DNA from: Candidatus Oxydemutator sp. | Lineage (GTDB): Bacteria > Pseudomonadota > Gammaproteobacteria > Poriferisulfidales > Oxydemutatoraceae | DNA: 64,000 nucleotides | Assembly (NCBI GenBank): GCA_965203445.1 | Contig: OZ241883.1 | Coordinates: 2,304,001-2,368,000 of the forward strand | Direction: 5' to 3' | Part shown: one piece after another, positions 20,713-29,610 of the stretch | How the letters are laid out: every line of letters starts with the position of its first letter | Numbering within the stretch: the stretch's first letter is position 1 | Notes under the pieces: model-generated | Database searches by the model: none | The model's input: only the letters and a program-made list of their open reading frames with translations | Told to the model about the DNA's origin: nothing | Program-made: the position numbers and the translations under genes

Positions 20713-23700
20713 TTGCCCACTTGACCGGCAAATCATCCCACGAGTGAGACCGGATGGACGCCTTAATTGCGTCAACACACGATCGAAATCAGATGAGACT
20801 AGCAACTCGTCAAGACTGACGTTCGCGCTTGGCATATAAAAAGCCGTTCCCCTAAATGTGAGAATCCTGAACGAATCCGGATTATTTGTGGCCTGAAGAC
20901 TCAAACTGATAGCACGCCTAAGAGCCTCGTCTGCGAATTCAGCATCCGCCGATACTATCGTGCCGTCAGCATTCACGTCGCCGGTTATCATGAACAAACG
21001 GTCATTGTTACGGAACATCGGGCAGCTCCTATTATACAAATCCGCAGAGGCTCCCACCTCTCGGTAGTCTATGCAATAGTCCGCGCCCAAATCGCCGCAT
21101 TCCGCGGACAGCGGACGCGCCGACAATATCGGCAGGTGGTTGCGGTGCTGCAACAGCAGATACACGTCCTTGTCCGAACCTATCTCGACGGCAAAACGCA
21201 CCCCTTGCCGAGCCAGCACCGCCGACGTCGTCGTCGCGTCCTCGACCACGCCCGCTATGCTGCCGTCCGACAAAAGCAAGCCCGCCTTCACCCCGCCCGC
21301 GGGCACGCTGTCCGGATCCGCGGCGCTCGGCGCGGAACCCGTGTCCACCACCCGCAACTCCAACAACATCCAGTCCACCACATTCGACGGCATGCCGTTG
21401 GCGTTGGCGGCGCCCTCTATACGCGGCACCGTCGTCGTCGCCGCGTGGTTCCAGGGCCTCACGTTATACGGTTGTACACGTGGCAGCGCTCGATTCAAAA
21501 ACGTGCCCATGTCGCCAGTCGCGACACTATACGCCCCCTCCAGATACACGCCCGCGGCCACCACCAAGCCTCGCTCGCTGCGGATGCGGGCTTCGGCGGA
21601 CGACGGCTCTCCTATTTCCGCGAGATGCACGCTGCCGCAGTTCGGGCAGTTCGTCAGGCGCAAACGAAATCGCTCGCTGCTTTCCTTCTCTACCTCGTCG
21701 TCCACAACCGACACACCCACTCTCGCGGTACCGCCCCTGTCCAACGTTATGCTCCCGGTGACTGGCAGCGCATCCACACTCACATAGATGGTGCCGCTGC
21801 GATCTATCACGGTGGCTTGCCCCAGATCTCCGGCCGTCAGATCTTCGGACACGGCCGCAAGCTCATACTCCACCGTAACGGCCCGATCAGCGCCGCTGCT
21901 CAACGACACCGTGAACGTTGCGGTAGTCCCTTCCGCCACCACCGCAGGCGCCACCGCCACCGTCACCTGCTCCAGTTCGTTGGCCGCTATCGTCGTCCGC
22001 GCAACGGTGCCCGGCACCTCCAGCGTCACGTCGTCGGGCGCCCCGATAAGCCGTGCGTTGCTCATGGTCACCTCGAAGACCTCGCCCAGCTCGGCGACAC
22101 CGTCAACGGCCGCCGTCAGGGAAAACGACTCGCTGCTCCTACCCGGCGCGATGACCACGCTGCCCCTGCTGGTGTCGGCAAAATCGGCGGCGCCGATTTC
22201 AGTGCCGCCCACCGACCAATCCCAACTCGCACTCATGCCCGCCGGCAAGACCCCTGGCAAACGCACCACGTAGGTCGCAGCCTCGCCTTCCGATACCGTC
22301 TCGCTGCCGCCCAGCGTCGGCGTCAGCACCACCGCGGGCTGCGCCTCCTGTTGCGATGCGCGCCGCGCCGCCCGACTGCCGGCGTCGCCGCCGAACACCA
22401 GCACCGGGTAATGAAGAAAATTGCCAAAATCCCACGGCGCGTCGTCGTTCAACGTCAAAACGCCCATCACCGTGCTCGACGTATCGTCCACGTTCAGCCG
22501 ATCCCAACCGGCGTAGATGCCTTCCGCCGCGGTCGGGGAGCGCAACTCGGCGGAGCTCCGAGGCGCCGTGTCCGTCACAGGCGCACCCTCGCCGCAGCAG
22601 GACGACTCCCCGCTGCGCTCGCTATCAAAGTAGCTTGACTGGAGCTCCACACCTCGACCATCCCTCCACCCCATCAGACCGCCTCTTTGATTCCCCCCGC
22701 CGGTCGGCTTCCCTATCGTATAGCTGGCTCTCACTATGGCTTCGCCCGCGGCGAAGCCTGCCAGACCGCCCACTCTTTGACCATCGCCGTGCACCGCCAC
22801 GTCGCTATAACTCGCAACCACAATTCCCCTCTCCACGGCGCCCACCAAACCGCCTACCACCGAGGAACCGCTCACCGCCCCGCTCACCACGTAACTCGCC
22901 GCTATCTTGCCGTAGTTGAACCCCGCCAACGCCGCCACCGCCGAGCTTTCAGGTGCATTTATGCTCACGTTCTCCATGCCTACGGAACGGATTCTGCCGG
23001 CTACGCCCAAGGCGCCGAACAAGCCCACGAAATCATAGCGACTACTGCCCGCTGTTCGTTGTATTCTCATATTCCTGATGACGTGGCCGTGACCTTCGAA
23101 TACGGCGTTGTAGCGGAGGGATTCTGGCACAATTCCGACGATCTCAGTACCCGTCCAGCCGCCGCCTATCGGCGTCCAGCCCGGGCCCGGGGCCGGTTCC
23201 ACACTGGACAAGTCCAGATCGTTCGACAATTCGTAGCCAGTGCACGCGCCGGAGCAGGTGCGCCTCTCGTCGAAAAAGGGAAACGCCGCCAGATAAGCGG
23301 CCCTGTTCGCACTGCTCACGCCCGCTATCCCGGCACCGCCCAGGTCATAGCGGATCGCCGCCAACTGCGACGTCGTCGCCACCTCTATCAGGGTGTCGCC
23401 GTCGGTGTCGTAGTTTTCCCCCTCGCTGACGCGCAAGAACGGATACTCGGAAGACGTGCCGAAGCGCCACGGATCATCGGCGTTGCCGTCGCCGCTAACG
23501 TCCACGTTCCAGGCGGCGTAGATGCCGCTGTAGGTCGTCGGCGTCTGCAACGACGCGGTGTCGGTGCCGACGCCGAGCGCGCTTGCGCTCTGGCCGCTTG
23601 CGAGCGTGTCCCAATAACTGGCGGTGACCGTAGTTAATTCATCCGTTCGTCGCCCGACCAGGCCGCCGACGTTGCTCGCCCCGGTGACCCCGCCCGCGGC

Positions 23701-24480
23701 GTAACTGGCGGTCAGTTCCCTGGACGCGCCGCCGCCGGAATGCCCCGCCAGACCGCCTACGTTGTTCGTGCCGCTGACCGCCACCGACGCATACACCGCG
23801 ATTGCATCATGGTTGAGGAGTCCGACCAGACCGCCCACGTCCTCTGCGCCCGTAACCAAACCGCCCGCCGCGTAGATCGTCGCAACCACCGTGTTGGTGC
23901 TGACCCAACCCGTCAGCGCACCGACCCGGTTGCGACCGGTAACGTCCACGTCGAGCAAACCAAGATTCTGGATCCTGTTTAGTCGGGTGCCAACAGACCC
24001 TCGGGATATGCGCCCAAACAGGCCGACGTAATCCGAGGACGGACGGTTGATGTAGAGGCCCGTGATAACGTGGCCGCGACCGTCAAAATCGGCGTCGTAG
24101 CCAGTGTTCTCACCGCCTATCGGCTGCCAGCCTGCGCCGGCGTTCCAGTAGAGGTCGTCGCTGCGGGTGCCGAAGCTGCCGGTGTTGAAATCCAGGTTGT
24201 TCAGCAACTCATAGCCGTTGCAGGAAGCCGCGGTGCACGTCGTCGCAAAGGCCGCGGCGTAGTTCGCGGCGTTGTCCTGGGAATCCGCGACGCCGTCGCC
24301 GTTCAAATCCCAGCGTATGGCGTTCATCTGTTGCAGCGTGGTTACGTCAATCAGCCGGGGGGCGTTCTGCGTCTGCGCCGCGAGCGGTTGCGAGGTCAGC
24401 ACCAGCAGCGACGCGACCAGGAGTAGTCCAGACACCAGCAATCCTGAACACGCGCAACGCCGACGCATGTTCAAACCCAT
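20710..24480 (-). CDS. Secreted GLUG/Calx-beta repeat surface protein, paralog 2, with C-terminal dockerin-like domain; probable true start ATG 24524 via a poly-C tract (out of frame as assembled)
   Basis: Signal peptide ...LLVLTSQPLAA|Q, two GGLVG modules, two Calx-beta-like domains and the same tail domain. Confidence 0.85.
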   Translation of the reverse strand: MGLNMRRRCACSGLLVSGLLLVASLLVLTSQPLAAQTQNAPRLIDVTTLQQMNAIRWDLNGDGVADSQDNAANYAAAFATTCTAASCNGYELLNNLDFNTGSFGTRSDDLYWNAGAGWQPIGGENTGYDADFDGRGHVITGLYINRPSSDYVGLFGRISRGSVGTRLNRIQNLGLLDVDVTGRNRVGALTGWVSTNTVVATIYAAGGLVTGAEDVGGLVGLLNHDAIAVYASVAVSGTNNVGGLAGHSGGGASRELTASYAAGGVTGASNVGGLVGRRTDELTTVTASYWDTLASGQSASALGVGTDTASLQTPTTYSGIYAAWNVDVSGDGNADDPWRFGTSSEYPFLRVSEGENYDTDGDTLIEVATTSQLAAIRYDLGGAGIAGVSSANRAAYLAAFPFFDERRTCSGACTGYELSNDLDLSSVEPAPGPGWTPIGGGWTGTEIVGIVPESLRYNAVFEGHGHVIRNMRIQRTAGSSRYDFVGLFGALGVAGRIRSVGMENVSINAPESSAVAALAGFNYGKIAASYVVSGAVSGSSVVGGLVGAVERGIVVASYSDVAVHGDGQRVGGLAGFAAGEAIVRASYTIGKPTGGGNQRGGLMGWRDGRGVELQSSYFDSERSGESSCCGEGAPVTDTAPRSSAELRSPTAAEGIYAGWDRLNVDDTSSTVMGVLTLNDDAPWDFGNFLHYPVLVFGGDAGSRAARRASQQEAQPAVVLTPTLGGSETVSEGEAATYVVRLPGVLPAGMSASWDWSVGGTEIGAADFADTSRGSVVIAPGRSSESFSLTAAVDGVAELGEVFEVTMSNARLIGAPDDVTLEVPGTVARTTIAANELEQVTVAVAPAVVAEGTTATFTVSLSSGADRAVTVEYELAAVSEDLTAGDLGQATVIDRSGTIYVSVDALPVTGSITLDRGGTARVGVSVVDDEVEKESSERFRLRLTNCPNCGSVHLAEIGEPSSAEARIRSERGLVVAAGVYLEGAYSVATGDMGTFLNRALPRVQPYNVRPWNHAATTTVPRIEGAANANGMPSNVVDWMLLELRVVDTGSAPSAADPDSVPAGGVKAGLLLSDGSIAGVVEDATTTSAVLARQGVRFAVEIGSDKDVYLLLQHRNHLPILSARPLSAECGDLGADYCIDYREVGASADLYNRSCPMFRNNDRLFMITGDVNADGTIVSADAEFADEALRRAISLSLQATNNPDSFRILTFRGTAFYMPSANVSLDELLVSSDFDRVLTQLRRPSGLTRGMICRSSGQ

Positions 24481-24498
24481 ACTTCGTTTGTACAGAAA

Positions 24499-24517
24499 GG
24501 GGGGGGGGGGGGGGGGG
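24499..24517 (-). repeat. Homopolymer C19 (G19 on plus), candidate phase-variation tract
   Basis: Minus strand reads ATG ACT A + C19 + TTT CTG TAC AAA CGA AGT ATG. C17 or C20 restores the frame. Confidence 0.8.
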
Positions 24518-24660
24518 TAGTCATTGGTTCAGCGAAGGGTGTAAGCAGAGAAGCATTTTGTCATTCTGGGGCAGGTTTTTGTCATCGCTATTTAATAATA
24601 ATCCGAAAAAACGAAGTTCGCGCCGGCTGCTGCGGGCGCTGGCGGAAGCCTGCAAGAACT

Positions 24661-27600
24661 TCACTGCTCACTTGACCGGCAAATCCTCCCACGAGTGAGA
24701 CTGCCGGATGGACGCCTTAATTGCCTCACCACACGCTCGAAATCAGATGAGACTAGAAATTCGTCAAGACTGACGTTCGCGCTTGGCATATAAAACTCCG
24801 TGCCCCTAAATCTGAGAATCCTGAACGAAGCCGGATTATTTGTGGCCTGAAGTTGCAAAACGGCAGCAAGCCTAAGAGCCTCGTTTGCGAAATCAGCATC
24901 CGCCGATACTATCGTGCCATCAGCATTCACGTCGCCGGTTATCATGAACAAACGGTCATTGTTACGGAACATCGGGCAGCTCCCATTATACAAATCCGTA
25001 GAGGCTCCCACCTCTCGGTAGTCTATGCAATAGTTCGCACTTGAATCACCGCAATCCGTGGACAATGGCCGCGCCGACAATATCGGCAGGTGGTTGCGAT
25101 GCTGCAACAGCAGATACACGTCCTTGTTCGGCTCTATCTCGGCGTCAAAGCGCACCCCTTGCCGAGCCAACACATCCGTCGTCGTCGTCGCATTCTCGTT
25201 CACGCCTACTATGCTGCCGTCGGACAGAATCAAGCCTGCCTTTACGCCGCCTACGGGCACGCTGTCCGGATCCGCAGCACTCGGCGCGGAACCCGTGTTC
25301 ACTACCCGCAACTCCAACAACATCCAGTCCACCACATTCGACGGCATGCCGTTTGCGTTGGCAACACCCTCTATACGAGGCACCGTCGTCGTCGCCGCGT
25401 GGTTCCAGGGCCTCACGCTATACGGTTGTACACGTGGCAGCGCTCGATTCAAAAAAGTGCCCATGTCGCCATCCGCGACACGATACGCCCCCTCCAAATA
25501 CACGCCCGCGGCCACCACGAAACCTCTCTCGCTGCGGATGCGGGCTTCGGCGGACTTCGGCTCTCCTATTTCCGCCAGATGCTCGCTGCCGCAGTTCGGG
25601 CAGTTCGTCAAAGTCAAACGAAATCGCTCGCTACTTTCCTTCTCTACCTCGTCGGCCACAACGGACACACCCACTTCCGCAGTACCGTCCTCGCGCAACG
25701 TTATGCTCCCGGTGATCGGCAGCGCATTCACGCTCACGTAGTTGGTGCCGCCGCGATCTATCACGGTAACTTGCGACAGATCTCCGGACGTCAGGCCTTC
25801 GGACGCGGTCGTAAGCTCATATTCCACCGTAACGTCCCAACCAGCGCCGCCGCTCAACGTCACCGTGAACGTCGCGGTAGTCCCTTCCGCCACCACCACA
25901 GGCGCCACCGCCACCGTCACCTGATCAAATTCGTTGGCCGCTATCGTCGTCCGCGCAACGGTGCTCGGCGCGTCCAGCGTCACGTCGTCGGGCGCCCCGG
26001 TAAGCCGCGCGTTGCTCATGGTCACCTCGAAGGCCTCGTCCAGCTCGGCGACACCGTCAACGGCCGCCGTCAGGAAAAACGACGCGCTGCTCCCACCCGG
26101 TGCGATAACCACGCTGCCTCTGCTGGTGCCGGCAAAATCGGCGGCGCCGATTTCAGTGCCGCCCACCGACCAATCCCAACTCGCACCGACCCCCGCCGGC
26201 AAGACCCCCGGCAGACGCACCACGTAGCTCGCCGCCTCGCCTTCCGACACCGTCTCGCTGCCGCCCAGCGTCGGCGTCAGCACCACCGCGGGCTGCGCCT
26301 GCTGTTGCGACGTGCGCTGTGCCGCCCGACTGTCGGCGTCGTCGCCGAACACCAGCACCGGGTATTGATAAAAAGTACCAAAATCCCACGGCGCGTCGTC
26401 GTTCAAGTCGCCGTCGTCCTCCTGATCCACGCCGTCCACGTTCAACTTGTCCCAACCCTCGTAGATGGTGCCCGCCGTGGTCGGAGCGCGCAACTGGTTC
26501 GACGTCTTCGGGCTGTTGTCCGGACTCGGCACATTCGCTCCTCCGCAGCAACCACTCTGGCCGCTGCGCTCGTTATCAAAATAGCTTGCCTGGATGTCGG
26601 TGGCAACGGCACCGCTTGTATCACGCCGTCCTAACAAGCCGCCCCTTACAGTATCTCCCATATGGGATCCGCCTTTCACCACCCCGATAGAATAACTGGC
26701 GCTCACCACCGAACCCACACCAGCCTCCCCGATCAGGCCGCCCGACGTGTGAAACCTCGAATCCACTTCCACATTGGCATAACTTGCTATCACCTTGCCA
26801 AAATTAGACCCCGCCAAACCACCCGCTCCCCAAGCACCATACACTCTCCCACCTATCACGTAGCAGGCCGCCACTTTGCCGTCGTTACGCCCCACCAGCG
26901 CACCCGTATGAACACTATGTTGCCCTATATTCAGATTCACGTCCCTCAAGCCCACGTTGCGGATGACACCGTCGCCGTCCAAGACGCGGAACAAGCCCGC
27001 AAAGTGCCATACATTATTCGGGGAGAGCAGTTCCATATTGCTGATAACGTGGCCGTTGCCCTCAAACACCGCTTTGTAACGGTGCTCCTTGGACAGCCCG
27101 CTGCCACTGACAAAGGACGTGCCCACCCCGCCCCCTATCGGTACCCAGTCCGTCCCCGCCAAGTCTATATCGTTCGACAGCTCGTAGCCGGTGCACGTGC
27201 TGGGACAGGTGCGCCTCTCGTCGAAAAAGGGAAACGCCGCCAGGTATGCATCCCTGTTCGCATCGCTGACACTCGCCAACCCGGCACCGCCCAGGTCGTG
27301 GCGTATCGCCGACAACTGTGTCGTCGTCGTAACGTCTATCAAACCGTCGTTGTCGCGGTCGTGGTCCATCCCGTCGCTGAGCCCGATGATGGTTGCCGCG
27401 GAACTCGCGGCAACCGCATCGCCGCTTACGCCGACAGAGAATTGCTCGGCGTACTCCGGGGCCTGATCGTCGAAAACATATACCGAAAACGTCGTCCCGG
27501 TGGTGCCCGCCCGGATGATCACCGTGCCGCTCGGAAAACGGGCAAGCTGCATTCCGACGTCATCGGCAAAATCCGCGGCCACGACGCCGTCGGTCCCCGT

Positions 27601-29055
27601 AGCCGTGCCAACCTGCCAACGCACCACCACGTCTATCGGCGCAGCCATGGACAAACTCACGGTGTACGTCGCCACACCTCCCTCCAAAACGCGCTCGCTT
27701 CCCGTTATCGTCAGCGGTAGCACGAAATCGGCGATACGAAAGTCGCGCGCGACGCCGTACGTGGCGCCGAGTGCGCCGCCGCCAGCGGGCGCCGACAAAG
27801 CGACGGCGAAGCGCTCGACGGACTCCTTCCTGTAATCAACGACGACGGCGAACTCGCAGCTTGCCGTCGTTTGGGCCGTGAAGACCGCGGTGGCGGTGGC
27901 TGCAAGGAAATCATTCCCGTCGGCGGAAGCACCCGAACCGGCGCCGGGAATTATCGTGCACAGCACGTCGTCGGTGACGGAAGCGTCGCTTTGCACGACG
28001 ACCGTCAACGTGGCGCCTTCTACAACTTCGGCGGCGGGCGCGGGGCCGGCTATCGCGTATTGCGGACCGTCGTTGGCAAGGATGGTGAAAGTGGCGGAAA
28101 CGTCCCTGAGATCGAAACCAAACGCGGCCGGCACCGCTCCAAAATTAAAAAGCCAATTACTGAGGCGCAAGGTGACGCTCTCCTCCCCTTCCACCGTCGA
28201 ATCGTCCGCAACCGTTACAATATGATTCGCTCGGAGAATGATTTTCTCGGCAAGTACATCATTCACTATTATTTGAAAAAAGGTCAGGCCACTAGATGGC
28301 GTACTCTGCAAGTCAAGCGCGTTGAAGGCGTCGCCGGACCATGCCCCATCGTATAGGTAACTCCCCGCATACTGGCTCTCCAACGGATGAATGACCCGGG
28401 CAAAGAAGGCCACCGTATCCCCCTCGCGCACCTGCAAACCGGGCCTCGCGGGATCCCGATCGAGGAAATTGCGACTGATGTAGCCGCTGGTCGAACCTCG
28501 GAAATACCGGGGCAGGTCCTCCGCCGGCCGGGTCTGGGACAGGGGCGCGGCCACGGCCTCGCCGTTGCGGACGACAATCGGGCGCCCGCCCGTGGTCGCA
28601 ATGGCGGCAATAAACGACAGCGCCGGCACGACGACGAAACTACTACTGGACTGTATGCCGACCATAACGCTGTCCGCGCCGCTCACGCGCCGGTATCCGT
28701 GCGCTTCCATGACGTTCCCGGTCGGGGTGTACGCAAGGAGAGGAAACGGGAATCTTTCCGACGGTTCCGCTACGCTATCATGGGTGACGGCTTGAAACCG
28801 CGCTTGAGTTCTGACGGCTATCGAGTTGTGGGAACCTCTGACAATTACTTTTTCAAGAGGGCATGCTTGAAAACCGTCGCCGGCACCGCTTCGACACGCC
28901 TCGTTTTCATTGGTATTCATCTGAATTCTTGAAACAGGTGGACTGATGAAATGGGTTTCAGGGGTTCCCTTGTCGTTATTTTCATCATAGTCAATCGAGT
29001 TTTGGGCCGCGGCGTCGGCGCCGAAAGCCATCAACAACAGGCACACAATTCTCAT
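24661..29055 (-). CDS. Secreted Calx-beta/GLUG repeat surface protein, paralog 3, with rearranged N-terminus, in-frame MITE and C-terminal dockerin-like domain
   Basis: Short signal peptide MRIVCLLLMAFGADAAA|Q, several Calx-beta-like domains, one GGLVG module, and a tail almost identical to that of the giant gene. Confidence 0.8.
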   Translation of the reverse strand: MRIVCLLLMAFGADAAAQNSIDYDENNDKGTPETHFISPPVSRIQMNTNENEACRSGAGDGFQACPLEKVIVRGSHNSIAVRTQARFQAVTHDSVAEPSERFPFPLLAYTPTGNVMEAHGYRRVSGADSVMVGIQSSSSFVVVPALSFIAAIATTGGRPIVVRNGEAVAAPLSQTRPAEDLPRYFRGSTSGYISRNFLDRDPARPGLQVREGDTVAFFARVIHPLESQYAGSYLYDGAWSGDAFNALDLQSTPSSGLTFFQIIVNDVLAEKIILRANHIVTVADDSTVEGEESVTLRLSNWLFNFGAVPAAFGFDLRDVSATFTILANDGPQYAIAGPAPAAEVVEGATLTVVVQSDASVTDDVLCTIIPGAGSGASADGNDFLAATATAVFTAQTTASCEFAVVVDYRKESVERFAVALSAPAGGGALGATYGVARDFRIADFVLPLTITGSERVLEGGVATYTVSLSMAAPIDVVVRWQVGTATGTDGVVAADFADDVGMQLARFPSGTVIIRAGTTGTTFSVYVFDDQAPEYAEQFSVGVSGDAVAASSAATIIGLSDGMDHDRDNDGLIDVTTTTQLSAIRHDLGGAGLASVSDANRDAYLAAFPFFDERRTCPSTCTGYELSNDIDLAGTDWVPIGGGVGTSFVSGSGLSKEHRYKAVFEGNGHVISNMELLSPNNVWHFAGLFRVLDGDGVIRNVGLRDVNLNIGQHSVHTGALVGRNDGKVAACYVIGGRVYGAWGAGGLAGSNFGKVIASYANVEVDSRFHTSGGLIGEAGVGSVVSASYSIGVVKGGSHMGDTVRGGLLGRRDTSGAVATDIQASYFDNERSGQSGCCGGANVPSPDNSPKTSNQLRAPTTAGTIYEGWDKLNVDGVDQEDDGDLNDDAPWDFGTFYQYPVLVFGDDADSRAAQRTSQQQAQPAVVLTPTLGGSETVSEGEAASYVVRLPGVLPAGVGASWDWSVGGTEIGAADFAGTSRGSVVIAPGGSSASFFLTAAVDGVAELDEAFEVTMSNARLTGAPDDVTLDAPSTVARTTIAANEFDQVTVAVAPVVVAEGTTATFTVTLSGGAGWDVTVEYELTTASEGLTSGDLSQVTVIDRGGTNYVSVNALPITGSITLREDGTAEVGVSVVADEVEKESSERFRLTLTNCPNCGSEHLAEIGEPKSAEARIRSERGFVVAAGVYLEGAYRVADGDMGTFLNRALPRVQPYSVRPWNHAATTTVPRIEGVANANGMPSNVVDWMLLELRVVNTGSAPSAADPDSVPVGGVKAGLILSDGSIVGVNENATTTTDVLARQGVRFDAEIEPNKDVYLLLQHRNHLPILSARPLSTDCGDSSANYCIDYREVGASTDLYNGSCPMFRNNDRLFMITGDVNADGTIVSADADFANEALRLAAVLQLQATNNPASFRILRFRGTEFYMPSANVSLDEFLVSSDFERVVRQLRRPSGSLTRGRICRSSEQ
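28830..28969. mobile_element. 140-bp MITE (IS5/IS1182-like ends) inserted in frame in paralog 3
   Basis: TIRs GGGAACCTCTGA (28830-28841) and TCAGGGGTTCCC (28958-28969), one mismatch. 4-bp TSD TTGT at 28826-28829 and 28970-28973. 140+4=144 nt = 48 codons. Confidence 0.85.
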
Positions 29056-29097
29056 TAGTCCGCGCTCAATAGGAGGGAGAACAATTAGGGGATTATA

Positions 29098-29540
29098 TGA
29101 ACCTATCTCAAAATTGCCTAATCAATATCATCATGGCGGCCAGCTGCACAAAACCAAAAAAGTTATGCGCGTAATACTCCCACCGTGTTAACACTCGTCG
29201 TTGCCATTGTAGCCATGCAAAAGTTCTCTCCACTATCCAGCGTCTTTCACAGCGGCGCAGCCTGCGACCATCCTGTGTCTTGCGTTTCTAACGGCGGTGC
29301 ACTGTTTTGTAATTCGGCTAACATTGCGGCAGCATCTTCCATTGCGCACCCGTGTTGAGGATCCACAGGACGCCTTCGAGAACCTTTCTTGTCGGCACCG
29401 GCTTGCGACCGGCCCGACCCGGCGGGATGTTTTCTTCTGGGAAGTGCTTGCGTATGCGTTCCCATTGCTCGTCGCTCAATCGTACCATGCAATGGATCAT
29501 ACACGATAATCAGCAGATATTCGATTTTGAGATAGGTTCA
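29098..29540 (-). mobile_element. Internally deleted IS5-family element (443 bp) with intact ends
   Basis: Perfect 17-bp inverted repeats TGAACCTATCTCAAAAT (29098-29114) and ATTTTGAGATAGGTTCA (29524-29540), enclosing N- and C-terminal transposase remnants. No clear TSD. Confidence 0.9.
29108..29488 (-). pseudogene. IS5-family transposase pseudogene
   Basis: MVRLSDEQWERI...[27 protein letters not shown] joined to KTQDGRRLRR.ERRWIVERTFAWLQWQRR...FVQLAAMMILIRQF*. Two in-frame stops, and the central DDE region is missing. Confidence 0.88.
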
Positions 29541-29610
29541 GGTTTCATTTGCGTTGGCAGTTACGGCGACGCTTTATTTTCTTTCAGGTGATGCGATGCC
29601 CGCAGAAACT

